64,000 bases of DNA from an uncultured Spirochaetota bacterium (GCA_963845535.1 CAWJSK010000001.1:96001-160000); one strand, 5' to 3'. Counted from the first letter of the stretch, positions 29,403-39,594 are shown. Translations and numbers: made by a program. Notes: generated from the letters alone by a model not told the origin.

Positions 29403-30864
29403 TCGGATACCTTCTGACGAATCGGTGCGACCTGAAGCGGAAACGGTCCACGGTTACCATTTCCTCCTGCCAATCCACGGAAAACGGGAACGTCCCGTCC
29501 CTGGCCTCCGCGTAGTCCGCCGCGTAGATCAGCCGGACAAAGCTGTCCACGCCGTCCACCATGTCTTCCGCACTCCGTGCGGCGCCCGGTACGGGACAGA
29601 AGCTGGACAGGAACTCGGCCACTTTCGCGGGATTCAGCTGGTTGGTGATGCGCAAGCGCAGCTCCGCCGTCGCTATTTCGGCTTCCACGTCATTCTCGGT
29701 GTGCCGGGCAAGGCCGCTTTCCGCTACCTCGCGGGTCTGCCGCGTGTAGAGAGACTCCCGCGCCAGGTGGCGCAGTCGAAAGATGCGGTGTGCCAGACCG
29801 TCCGCGCTTCCCTCCGATTGATCCAACGACATGGCGCGAACGATGCGGGCGATCTTTCCCTGCAGGGAAGAATCCGCGTGGAGTTGGGTGCGAATCCGTT
29901 CCGTTGAGATGCGAGAATACCGGCGGTTTTTGTCGTCTATGCTCTCAAGGATGGGGTCTATGCTCTTCAGTTCGTCACGCATCTCAACCAACATCTCTCT
30001 GATCCGCTCCCTGCTGGATAAAACCGTGGCACGCTGAATGTTGGCAAGCTTCTCCGCAGTCCGGGCCATCCACGGCTCGTTCTTGAGAAAACCGCCGATT
30101 GCCCGTGAGATCCGCGGCCGGTATCGAGAGAGATTGTCTGATGTCTTCAAGCGCGTATACGCGCGGTCCACAACCTCGTGCATGTACACGTCGTAGTGGG
30201 CGTGAAGTATTTCCGGGATAGCCGCATTCAGCTTGAACATGTCCTGAACGTAGCTCTTGATATTCTGCTCCAGCACCTTGAGGGACTCCACCAGGAGGCG
30301 CGTGTGCCAGTGAGCGTTGAGAACCGCATGTTCCCCGTTGTCCCTGGCCGCGTCGCTGCACAGGGAGGAATAGACCGCCACGATGTGGCTTTCGTATTCC
30401 ACGGATGCGCCGCGCTCCACGGTATCCAGCGCCTCAAAAAAAGGACGCGCCTGAACACACAGGTTCACCACGCGGCTGAAGTCAAGCTGTTCCTCCTCCG
30501 CCATCCATCCGTAGGCGATGAGCTTGCGCAAGAAAAGGTTTGCCAGGCCGCGCGCATCCCGTCCTGACTGGCTTGGCGGCGTCACGACGCCGGATGTGTT
30601 TGGTGAGGTCGTCGTGGGCGTGCCGACCGAGGTACCGCCGGCAGGCCGCGCACCGAGGTCTTCTTCATCCTCAACCCGGTCAGAGGCGTCCAATCCCGTA
30701 AAGTACTCCGAAAACCGCGCCACCACCAGCTCACGTTCGACGCTGGACCTGTATTCAGTGAAAAGGCGATAGTACAACAACAGAAGGGCAGCGTAATGGC
30801 GGCGGTTTGGGGATGCCAACGGGATGAAGAAATACTCTGGCAGCCGTGAAAAGACGGATTCCAT
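29395..30864 (-). CDS. jetA: Wadjet JetA (kleisin, DUF5716-like)
   Basis: F..LPEYFFIPLASPNRRHY, LRKLIAYGW, LKTSDNLSRYR; first gene of the operon. Confidence 0.83.
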   Translation of the reverse strand: MESVFSRLPEYFFIPLASPNRRHYAALLLLYYRLFTEYRSSVERELVVARFSEYFTGLDASDRVEDEEDLGARPAGGTSVGTPTTTSPNTSGVVTPPSQSGRDARGLANLFLRKLIAYGWMAEEEQLDFSRVVNLCVQARPFFEALDTVERGASVEYESHIVAVYSSLCSDAARDNGEHAVLNAHWHTRLLVESLKVLEQNIKSYVQDMFKLNAAIPEILHAHYDVYMHEVVDRAYTRLKTSDNLSRYRPRISRAIGGFLKNEPWMARTAEKLANIQRATVLSSRERIREMLVEMRDELKSIDPILESIDDKNRRYSRISTERIRTQLHADSSLQGKIARIVRAMSLDQSEGSADGLAHRIFRLRHLARESLYTRQTREVAESGLARHTENDVEAEIATAELRLRITNQLNPAKVAEFLSSFCPVPGAARSAEDMVDGVDSFVRLIYAADYAEARDGTFPFSVDWQEEMVTVDRFRFRSHRFVRRYPNG

Positions 30865-30939
30865 TGATTACGTACAACCCATATCATATCTACCGCGAGA
30901 TTGGCAGAGGAGCCGGTAGGCCGCAGCACTTCTGAACAT

Positions 30940-31329
30940 CTAAATTACGCGGAGGCGCTCCGCGGTCTTTCGATAGCGTATTTTCTCATTTTCGAAATCC
31001 AGAATGATACGGCAGCTCTGGAGCGTCTTGGCCCCAATGATGACCTCCTCCGAACAATCGTCGAAAACCACGAACAAATCTGAAAACCGCGCCTCACTGT
31101 CATCGAATCGAAAAGTGAGATTGACGCAGTATTCTGTTGGAATGAGCTCGCCGGCGCGGGCTGTCTCGAAGACCCACTCCTCAGGGTCGGGAAGCAGAGA
31201 AAGCGGCTGGAGGGATTCTGCCAGATCTCTCCGTACAATCGAATAACTGGCGCAGCTGTCAAAGAGGGCCCTGCGGCGCTTGCGGCCCCTGGTCCCGATC
31301 AGCAGAATTTCCCTTTCGAGTACACTCAC
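30940..31329 (-). CDS. Retropepsin-like aspartic protease with a variant motif (DSC)
   Basis: I.L.G.RG...ALFDSCASYSIV...EVIIGAKTLQ...ILDF; GTG start with GAGG RBS. Confidence 0.75.
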   Translation of the reverse strand: MSVLEREILLIGTRGRKRRRALFDSCASYSIVRRDLAESLQPLSLLPDPEEWVFETARAGELIPTEYCVNLTFRFDDSEARFSDLFVVFDDCSEEVIIGAKTLQSCRIILDFENEKIRYRKTAERLRVI

Positions 31330-31520
31330 GACGGCCTCGTGCCTTGGAATACAGGGGACTTTGAGCCGGTGCTTCACACTGACAATGGTAGGCAGAAGGG
31401 CAGCGGAGTCAAGTGATCGACCGCATAGCGCGAATGGTCCCGGTTGCCGACCAAGCTCCCGCAGTATACTGTAAGGCCGCAAATGTCAGTGAAACCAACG
31501 CAGCAAGGACAACGATCCAA

Positions 31521-32942
31521 ATGTCGAAGCTGACACTCAGCCAGCTTTCCAACCTTCTCTTTCGCGCGTGTGACGACTTGCGCGGCAATATGGATGCCTC
31601 GGAGTACAAAGAGTACATCTTCGGCATGCTCTTCCTGAAAAGGCTTTCCGACCTATTCGATCAGGAGCAAGAGCAGCTCAAGAGGAGGTTGCATGCGAAA
31701 GGCATGGCGCCTGCCAAAATCGCCAAGCAGATCGAGCAATCTGACATGTATACCTTCTTCGTCCCCGGGGACGCTCGATGGGCAAAGATCCGACACGTCA
31801 AAACAAACGTCGGATCGAAGCTCAACAAGGCCCTCGAAGCTCTTGAGGATGCCAATCCCGACACGTTGCAAGATGTGCTCAAGCACATCAATTTCAATAG
31901 GAAAATCGGCCAGAGGACGCTGGACGACGATACCTTGTCGAACTTCGTCCAGAACTTTGAAAAGATCCCTCTAAAGGACGAGAACTTCGAGTTCCCCGAT
32001 CTGCTGGGAGCGGCATACGAATACCTCATAAAGTTCTTTGCCGATTCCGCGGGCAAAAAGGCGGGCGAATTCTACACACCCGCCGCCGTTGTTCGAACCA
32101 TGGTGGAGATCGTAGAGCCGCAGCACGGCATGGGCATTTACGATCCCACCTGCGGGTCAGGCGGCATGCTGATACAGAGCCGCGACTACATCATCGAGTG
32201 CGGCGGAGATCCGCGAGATCTTTCTCTTTTTGGCCAGGACAGTATTGGGACAACCTGGTCTATCTGCAAGATGAACATGCTCTTGCATGGTATCAACGAC
32301 GCCGACATCAGGCAGGAGGACACGCTTCGCAAGCCCCAGCACAAGGATGGCAAGGGCGAGCTTCTCCGATACGACAGGGTGCTTGCCAATCCGCCGTTCA
32401 GCCAGAACTACATCAGGAAAGACCTCGAGTATTCGGAGCGATTTGCCGTATGGATGCCGGAGAAGGGCAAGAAGGCCGACCTCATGTTCGTCCAGCACAT
32501 GTTGGCCGTGCTGAAGTCAGATGGCCGTATGGCCACGGTCATGCCTCACGGCGTTCTTTTCCGCGGCGGCGAAGAAAGGGAGGCCCGGCGGTACTTCATA
32601 AAGCAGGGCTGGCTTGAAGCTGTGATCGGCCTTCCCGCCGGCCTTTTTTATGGAACAGGCATCCCGGCCTTCGGAAAGGAACAGGTGCTCCGAAGGCAGG
32701 GTGGCCTCGCGCAGCAGCATTTAAACGTCAGTGAGCTACGCGGCCTTCTCGTGGCCCTTCCCGACAAAGGAGAACAGGATCGAATTGTCGATCGATTCTC
32801 TGCAATTGTCTCACAAATTCAAACAGAACTTGCCCGGCTCGGCAAACTCATGCTCCTGAAATCCGGCCTCATGCACGACCTCCTCACCGGTCATGTGCGC
32901 GTCTCCGAGTCGATGCTGAAAAGGGCGGCCACCACAACCTGA
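31521..32942 (+). pseudogene. hsdM: Type I R-M hsdM fused in frame to the 3' end of hsdS (internal deletion near 32669)
   Basis: [56 protein letters not shown], then an abrupt HsdS tail [11 protein letters not shown]...[11 protein letters not shown]...[16 protein letters not shown]. Confidence 0.85.
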
Positions 32943-33020
32943 CGTCTCCGCAGCGGCGCCGAGCTGCTATCATGAAATCCCCTCTTGCGCTGCTCGAATT
33001 TCATGGTATGCTATCCAGTG

Positions 33021-34181
33021 ATGGTCGAGCGCAGCCAGCTACTTGCCACGCTCAAGAAAGCCCTCGCCCGCAGTCGAGTGGTGGTTCTGACCGGGCCGCG
33101 CCAGTGCGGAAAGACCACGCTCGCGCGCCAACTGCTCAGCGAGACGTCGGTCAACTACTTCGACCTTGAGGATCCGGCGGATCTTGAACGACTGACCGAG
33201 CCTATGACGGCGCTCAGGCCCTTGAAGGGCCTGGTGGTCATAGATGAAGTCCAGCGTCGTCCGGATCTTTTCCCCATCCTTCGTGTATTGGCGGACCGGC
33301 AAGAAACCTCGGCCAGGTTCCTGATCCTCGGAAGCGCCTCCGGTGACCTTTCGCGCCAGACATCAGAAAGCCTTGCCGGAAGGATGGAGCGTGTAACAAT
33401 TGGTGGCTTCTCCCTGCAGGAGCTGGGTGCCAACGCAGAGGATAGGCTATGGCTTCGCGGAGGCCTGCCAGTTTCCTATCTGGCTAGAGACGATGCCGAC
33501 AGCAAGGCATGGCGAAAGAACTTCATCCAGTCGCTTCTGGAAAGAGATTTTCCGCAGTGGGGCGTCCGGGTGCCCGCGGTTGCCCTTCTGCGATTCTGGA
33601 CCATGCTCGCGCATTATCACGGCCAGACGTGGAACGCCGCGGAACCCGCGCGTGCTATGGGTGTAAGCGAGTCCACCGCGCGCCGTCACCTTGACTTGCT
33701 GACGGATGCCTTTGTCATTCGCCAGCTTCATCCCTACCATGCCAACATCAGCAAGCGCCAGGTGAAGGCGCCCAAGGTGTATGTCCGTGATACAGGGCTG
33801 CTGCACCAGCTCCTGGGAATCGGCACTCAGAAAGAGCTCCTCAGCCATCCAAAGGTCGGAGCATCCTGGGAAGGATTTGTCATCGAGCAGATCATGCTAT
33901 CCCAGCCATACGACGAGGCGTTCTTCTGGTCAACGCATCAGGGAGCAGAGATCGACCTGATCCTCCGGAGGGGACAAAAGCTGTTTGGCGTGGAGTGCAA
34001 GCGGACGGATGCGCCTCGCATGACGCCGTCAATCCGCATCGCCATGGAGGACGTGGGGCTCGCCCGTGTGGCTGTTCTCTACCCGGGGACAAAGCGATAC
34101 GCTATTGCTGATCGCGTGGAGGCGGTGCCCGTGCAGACTCTGGGGAGGATGAAGTCGCTGTTCGAAGGAACTAAGTCGTGA
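33021..34181 (+). CDS. AAA_14 ATPase with DUF4143 (PD-(D/E)xK-like) C-terminus
   Basis: LTGPRQCGKTT, VIDEVQ, LGSAS, ESLAGR, KAPKVY..DTG, EIDL...VECK. Confidence 0.92.
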   Translation: MVERSQLLATLKKALARSRVVVLTGPRQCGKTTLARQLLSETSVNYFDLEDPADLERLTEPMTALRPLKGLVVIDEVQRRPDLFPILRVLADRQETSARFLILGSASGDLSRQTSESLAGRMERVTIGGFSLQELGANAEDRLWLRGGLPVSYLARDDADSKAWRKNFIQSLLERDFPQWGVRVPAVALLRFWTMLAHYHGQTWNAAEPARAMGVSESTARRHLDLLTDAFVIRQLHPYHANISKRQVKAPKVYVRDTGLLHQLLGIGTQKELLSHPKVGASWEGFVIEQIMLSQPYDEAFFWSTHQGAEIDLILRRGQKLFGVECKRTDAPRMTPSIRIAMEDVGLARVAVLYPGTKRYAIADRVEAVPVQTLGRMKSLFEGTKS

Positions 34182-37100
34182 GTGAATATCTGTACGTTGA
34201 AAAACCTTTCCTGGATCAGCTCAAGGTTCTTGGGTGGGAAGTCATCGATCAGGGCCAGGGAATCATTCCCTCGGAGCCTGCGGTGAGCCTTCGCTCCGGC
34301 TTCAGGGAATGTATCCTGCCTGAAGTATTTCGCAGCGCGGTACGGTCCATCAATCGGACAGAGGATGGCACGCAATGGCTTACGGACAAACAACTCGATG
34401 ATCTGCGGGACCAGATCCTTCGACAACCCCACCACCGGCTGCTGGAGGCAAATGAGGCGGTGCAAGGCCTTTTTTTCAAGGCGCAGGTCGACGTCAACGA
34501 GGTTACGGGCGAATCAGATCCTGTAGTCAGCCTCATCGACTTTGTTCATCCTGAACGCAACCAGTTCCATGCCATCAACCAGTTCCGCGTGGATACCCCG
34601 GGATGCGTGAAGGCTTTCATCATTCCAGACATCGTCCTGTTCGTGAACGGCATGCCTCTCGTCGTGGTGGAAGCCAAGATAGCTGACCAGAACATGGCCA
34701 ATCCCATGTATGCCGCTTTCGAGCAGCTCACCCGGTATCGGGATGAACGGGAAGACACCCATCGGGCCGGCCTTCGAGAGGGAGAGCCCCGGCTGTTCTA
34801 CACGAACCTGATGCTGGTCCGCACCTGCGGGGAGAAGGCGGAGTTTGGCACAATCTCCGCGGGGCATGAGCACTTCTCGTCCTGGAAGGACACGGGGCTG
34901 GAAAGCAATCGAACTTATGCGTTGCCCCTTGGCGTCGAGCGCGAGCAGGAGAGGCTTATTCAGGGACTGCTGGCCCCCGAGACACTGCTGAACGTGCTGC
35001 GCACCTGCACCGTCTTCATGGACACAGACTCGGGGAGGCGGATCAAGGTGGTGTGCCGCTATCAGCAGTATCGGGCGGCGCGCAAGATCATCCAGAGACT
35101 GCGGGAGGGAAAGACTCCCCAAGCGCGCTCTGGAGTGGTATGGCATACGCAGGGTTCGGGCAAATCGCTCACCATGGTCTTTGTGGCGCGCATGATGAGG
35201 GTGTCGGAGGATCTGCACGATTTCAAGGTCGTCCTGGTCAACGACCGAATCGATCTGGAGAAACAGCTCTCTGAAACGGCCCGCCTCATTGGCGGTAAGG
35301 TCAATGTCATCGCATCCACCACGGCGCTTCGCAAGCACCTGTCCACCGGGGCCTCCGACGTGAACATGGTGATGATTCACAAGTTCATGGAGCGCGCGGA
35401 GGCTCTGCCCGATTCTCTTGCTCGTGCTCTTTCCTCTGTTTCCAGGAAAAAACGCGCACTGCCAACGGGAAAGACATTCGGAGTGATCAATCCGTCGGAC
35501 AGGATCATTCTCATGATCGATGAAGCCCATCGCACGCAGAGCTCGGACCTTGGAAACAATCTCCTTGAGGCTTTTCCGAACGCGACGCGCATCGCCTTCA
35601 CGGGCACCCCGCTCATCACGGAGCAGCACGGTGAGAAGCGCACGGTGAAGCGCTTCGGCGACTATATCGATACCTACAAACTGATGGACTCGGTGCATGA
35701 CGGCACAACATTGCAGATTCTCTATGAAGGCCGAACGGCAGACACGGCACTCAAGGACCGGCACGGATTCGACACAAGATTCGAAGATCTCTTTCAAGAC
35801 CGCACGGATGAAGAGCTGCAGGCGATACGGAAGAAGTACGGGGCGACGGGCGATATCCTGGAGGCGGAAAACCGGATTGCCGCCATCGCCCGTGATCTGG
35901 TGAATCACTACATTGACAATGTGCTTCCCGAGGGGTTCAAGGCTCAGGTGGTATGCCACTCCAAGCTGGCTGCCGTTCGCTATCAGAAGGCCATTCGGAA
36001 GGCATTGCGGGAGCGCATGGACCGAGAGAAGGCACGGGGTCAGCCAGATTCCGAGTCGATAAAAAGCATCGAGTTCCTGAAGGCAGCCGTGGTCATCTCC
36101 GCCGAGCCGACCAACGAGCCTGCGTCGTTCACCATTGCCCGGACTGAAGCCAAACACTGGAATGCCGTCGACAACTTCTGCAAGTCATTCAACATGGTAG
36201 ACCCTGACAAGACGCTTACCGGCATTGCGTTCCTGGTGGTTTGTGACATGTTGCTCACGGGATTCGATGCGCCGGTGGAGCAGGTGATGTACATTGACAA
36301 GAAGCTCCAGGAGCACAACCTCCTGCAGGCAATTGCACGGGTCAACCGAGTGGCGGAAGGCAAGGAACGGGGTTTCATCGTGGACTACATCGGGCTTGCC
36401 AACCACCTCACGCGTGCGCTGTCCATATACGCCCAGGAGGACGCGGCAGACATCAACGAGGGCCTCAAGAGCATCCAGAGCGAGTTGCCTATCCTTGAAG
36501 AACGCTATCAGAGGCTCTTGCAGCACTTCAGGTCCGCGGGAGTAGAGCGGATCGAAGGTTTCGTCACTGGCGGCCTTTCAGGACCGACTGAGGATATAAC
36601 CGTGATTCAGGCAGCCTTGGGAGTGCTGAAGGATGTCAGGCAGCGGGCGGATTTCGAGGTCTTCCTCAAGAAGTTTCTCCTGAGCTTGAACCTTATCCTT
36701 CCTGATGCCGCAGGCCATCCATATCGGGGCCCGGCGGCGCGCTTCGGATATCTCCTCCAGATGGCGAAGGAGCGCTACAAGGACGAGTCAATGGATTTTG
36801 GCGATGCCGGCAAGAAAGTGAAGGCACTCATCAACGAGCACCTGATCAGCCTGGGCATCGATCCGAAAATTCCGCCTATCGAGCTCCTCTCCGACGATTT
36901 CGTTGCCAACGTGCAGAAGCACGCGCTGGGGAGCGCCGAGGCCAAGGCGAGCGAGATGGAACACGCCATCCGCAAGCATTGCACCATCCATTTTGACGAA
37001 GATCCCGCCTTCTACAAGCGTCTCAGCGAGAAACTGGAAAAGCTCATCCAGGATCACCACGACAACTGGGAAGTGCTGGCCGAAGGGTATGAGCAGCTCC

Positions 37101-37444
37101 GTAAGGAAGCCCTGCAAGGCCGAACAGAGACCATCGAAGGGCTCAGCCGGGAAGCCACTACCTTCTACGACTACGTGCTTGAGCTGGCTTTCGACGGCGG
37201 CCCGGTTCCATCAGAAGCGCAAGCGCCGTTGAAAAGGCTGATGTCATTGATAGTGAGTATCCTGCAGGACACAATCGGTGTTCTGGACTTCTGGAAGAAG
37301 CCCGTTGAGGTGAAACGGCTCCGCGGGGATATCGACACGGAGATCCTGCTCGCTGATATTCCCGCGTTGAATGCCAGACATGAACGGATAGCCGTGGAAA
37401 TCGTCAGGCTCGCGGAAAAGCGGAATGAGGAGCTGTTGAGGTGA
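34178..37444 (+). CDS. hsdR: Type I restriction subunit R
   Basis: PDIVLFVNGMPLVVVEAK, WHTQGSGKS, DEAHR, FTGTP, MLLTGFDAP, LQAIARVNR. Confidence 0.95.
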   Translation: MSEYLYVEKPFLDQLKVLGWEVIDQGQGIIPSEPAVSLRSGFRECILPEVFRSAVRSINRTEDGTQWLTDKQLDDLRDQILRQPHHRLLEANEAVQGLFFKAQVDVNEVTGESDPVVSLIDFVHPERNQFHAINQFRVDTPGCVKAFIIPDIVLFVNGMPLVVVEAKIADQNMANPMYAAFEQLTRYRDEREDTHRAGLREGEPRLFYTNLMLVRTCGEKAEFGTISAGHEHFSSWKDTGLESNRTYALPLGVEREQERLIQGLLAPETLLNVLRTCTVFMDTDSGRRIKVVCRYQQYRAARKIIQRLREGKTPQARSGVVWHTQGSGKSLTMVFVARMMRVSEDLHDFKVVLVNDRIDLEKQLSETARLIGGKVNVIASTTALRKHLSTGASDVNMVMIHKFMERAEALPDSLARALSSVSRKKRALPTGKTFGVINPSDRIILMIDEAHRTQSSDLGNNLLEAFPNATRIAFTGTPLITEQHGEKRTVKRFGDYIDTYKLMDSVHDGTTLQILYEGRTADTALKDRHGFDTRFEDLFQDRTDEELQAIRKKYGATGDILEAENRIAAIARDLVNHYIDNVLPEGFKAQVVCHSKLAAVRYQKAIRKALRERMDREKARGQPDSESIKSIEFLKAAVVISAEPTNEPASFTIARTEAKHWNAVDNFCKSFNMVDPDKTLTGIAFLVVCDMLLTGFDAPVEQVMYIDKKLQEHNLLQAIARVNRVAEGKERGFIVDYIGLANHLTRALSIYAQEDAADINEGLKSIQSELPILEERYQRLLQHFRSAGVERIEGFVTGGLSGPTEDITVIQAALGVLKDVRQRADFEVFLKKFLLSLNLILPDAAGHPYRGPAARFGYLLQMAKERYKDESMDFGDAGKKVKALINEHLISLGIDPKIPPIELLSDDFVANVQKHALGSAEAKASEMEHAIRKHCTIHFDEDPAFYKRLSEKLEKLIQDHHDNWEVLAEGYEQLRKEALQGRTETIEGLSREATTFYDYVLELAFDGGPVPSEAQAPLKRLMSLIVSILQDTIGVLDFWKKPVEVKRLRGDIDTEILLADIPALNARHERIAVEIVRLAEKRNEELLR

Positions 37445-38145
37445 AGGACGGGGAGACGGACCAGGTCAACTACGAAGTGATCCGCAGCAGTCGTTCCACG
37501 GCGGACATAATCATAGAGCGGGACGGCAGCGTGGTTGTACGCGCGCCCGAATGGGCGGATGACGAGCTGATAGACTCCATAGTCCGGTCAAAGCAGTTCT
37601 GGATCTTTCAGAGCCTTGCCGAATGGCGGGACGTGAATGCCACCCGAGTGCTCCGCGAATACAAGAACGGAGAAGGCTTTCTCTACCTGGGACGAGCCTA
37701 CCGTCTTCTGTTGGTCGGAGAGCAGGCGGAGCCGCTTCGCCTGGAGAATGAACGCTTCTTCCTCCGACGAGCCCTGGTAGAGCACGGTGAGATTGAGACG
37801 GCAAAAGAAGCATTTCGGAACTTCTACATCTCTCGAGGTCTCCAACATATTCGCGGTCGGATCGACTACTATGCGCCCAAAGTGGGCATGATGCCGTCCG
37901 CCGTTGAAGTCAGGGAATTGGGAAACCGCTGGGCCTCATGCTCCCCCACGGGCGCCCTTGCCTTCCATTGGAAATGCATGATGGCGCCGACCACGATCAT
38001 TGACTACATCGTCGTCCACGAATTGTGCCACTTCCATCACCTTGACCACACAAATGCGTTCTGGAATGAGGTGGATAAGATAGTTACGGACTATCGAGGC
38101 CGCAAAGAGTGGCTCCGCAAGAACGGAGCCGGGCTAGACGTGTGA
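37441..38145 (+). CDS. YgjP/DUF45-like Zn metalloprotein (typical type I R-M companion)
   Basis: RWASCS, IDYIVVHELCH (HExxH), H...FW. Confidence 0.9.
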   Translation: MKDGETDQVNYEVIRSSRSTADIIIERDGSVVVRAPEWADDELIDSIVRSKQFWIFQSLAEWRDVNATRVLREYKNGEGFLYLGRAYRLLLVGEQAEPLRLENERFFLRRALVEHGEIETAKEAFRNFYISRGLQHIRGRIDYYAPKVGMMPSAVEVRELGNRWASCSPTGALAFHWKCMMAPTTIIDYIVVHELCHFHHLDHTNAFWNEVDKIVTDYRGRKEWLRKNGAGLDV

Positions 38146-38226
38146 AGGAAACAAACGGGGCGCCTGAGCGGCCGCAGCGGAAAGCCCATAGACGCCGCCA
38201 AGGACAGAAACCGACGCGCCGTTCCC

Positions 38227-38451
38227 TCAGCGGAAGCGCCGCCCGTAGCGCTCCCCCAGCGCGAAGTTCACGTTGAGCCCCGTCACGAAGTCGGGTCCCA
38301 TCATTCCGACGTCAAGCCCCAGGGAGGCAATCCGGAAGAAGCCGAAGGAGAGCCCCGTCGACCAGTCGAAGCCCCATGCGCTTGTGGGAAAGAAGCCGGA
38401 CTCCTGGGAGACTGGACCGGAGGTCACTCCTGCATCGTCCCAGTAATTCAC
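38227..38451 (-). pseudogene. Possible C-terminal fragment of a beta-strand-rich protein
   Basis: Amphipathic strands WGFDWSTGLSFGFFRIASLGLDVG; no convincing start. Confidence 0.35.
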
Positions 38452-38497
38452 GTTGAAACGGGGATAACATCCTGTTTTTTTGCCCCCGGGGGCCCGA

Positions 38498-38965
38498 CTA
38501 CGCCAGAGCCTCCAGCTCGTAGATCAGATTCATGACGTCAACAGCGCTTCCTGCCGCGCAGATGCGGTCCCGTAGGTTCTGGTTCCCGGCAAGGCGCGCA
38601 ATCCCCGCCAAAGTCCCCACGTGCTCCTGGAAAGTGTCGCGGGGGATCACGAGGAGGATGATGAGACGCGCTGGATTCCCGTCAGCTGACTCGAAAGGGA
38701 TCCCGGTCCGTGAAACGCCCAAGGCGGCCACAATTTCCTGCACGCAGTCAACCGCGCCGTGGGGCACGGCGAGCCCGCGGGCAAGGCCGGAGCTCATGGA
38801 CTTCTCCCGCGCGCAGACCGCTTCGATCACGGCGGCCCGATCCCCCAGGCGAAGCTCGTGAGCGGAAATGAGGAGGTCCACCAGCTCGTCGATTGCCTCC
38901 CACTTGGTGGCGGCATCCAGGTTTGTCTTCACAAGATCCGGTTGCAGAAGCTCGGACAGATGCAT
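38498..38965 (-). CDS. PTS EIIA domain protein (Ntr/fructose-type)
   Basis: AREKSMSSGLARGLAVPHG (phospho-His), GIPFESADG; starts 5 nt after ntpD. Confidence 0.9.
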   Translation of the reverse strand: MHLSELLQPDLVKTNLDAATKWEAIDELVDLLISAHELRLGDRAAVIEAVCAREKSMSSGLARGLAVPHGAVDCVQEIVAALGVSRTGIPFESADGNPARLIILLVIPRDTFQEHVGTLAGIARLAGNQNLRDRICAAGSAVDVMNLIYELEALA

Positions 38966-38970
38966 GCCGG

Positions 38971-39594
38971 CTACCTCGCGTGTTTCTTTTTCAGCCGTTT
39001 CAGGCGGAATACGTCCTCTCGCTCGCGCTGGTCCAGCGTTCCCCGGATGAACCGAACCTGCTCACGCAGCTCGGGGAGAAGCCTCTGCTCCAGCGCGTTC
39101 ACCCGCCGGGAGGTCTTTCGGATCTCCTCCGCCAGAAGGCGCATCTTGCGGTCCAGCGGCGCCACCCTGAGGATCTCCGCCATCACGTCTTCGAACCTCT
39201 CAGCGGACTCATCGATCCTCACGCTGGCATCCGGATCAGAGGAGCGCCGCTCCGCCGCGGAGCGCCGTTGAAACGCAGAGGTGACATTCACCACGCGCAC
39301 TCCCCAGATGTTGCGTTCTTCAAGGCTGACCTCTATTCCCGCTCCGCCCGCAAGGGCAGCGGAGGCCACCGCCTCAGGTCCGTCCAGGGAAAGCGCGCGG
39401 ATAAGGGCGCGCTTTGCGCTCAGGAGGGATTTGCGCATCGAGTCCCGCGCCTCGTTGAACCGGGAGAGCTCGGAGAGGAACTCCCGTACCAGGGCTTCCC
39501 GCTTTCCCCGCAGAAGCTCGGCTCCCTGCGTTGCGAGCCTGATCTGCGCACGCCGGTTCAGGAGCTGGGTTCTGGTGGGGTTGACCTGTTCCAT
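38971..39594 (-). CDS. ntpD: V/A-type ATPase subunit D
   Basis: VNPTRTQLL, LLRGKREAL, RNIWGV, KTSRRVNALE, REREDVFRLKRLK; start ATG 39594. Confidence 0.93.
   Translation of the reverse strand: MEQVNPTRTQLLNRRAQIRLATQGAELLRGKREALVREFLSELSRFNEARDSMRKSLLSAKRALIRALSLDGPEAVASAALAGGAGIEVSLEERNIWGVRVVNVTSAFQRRSAAERRSSDPDASVRIDESAERFEDVMAEILRVAPLDRKMRLLAEEIRKTSRRVNALEQRLLPELREQVRFIRGTLDQREREDVFRLKRLKKKHAR

Noticed and set aside
10120..38226. Prophage or intact ICE
   Set aside because: No integrase, relaxase, T4SS or phage structural genes recognised
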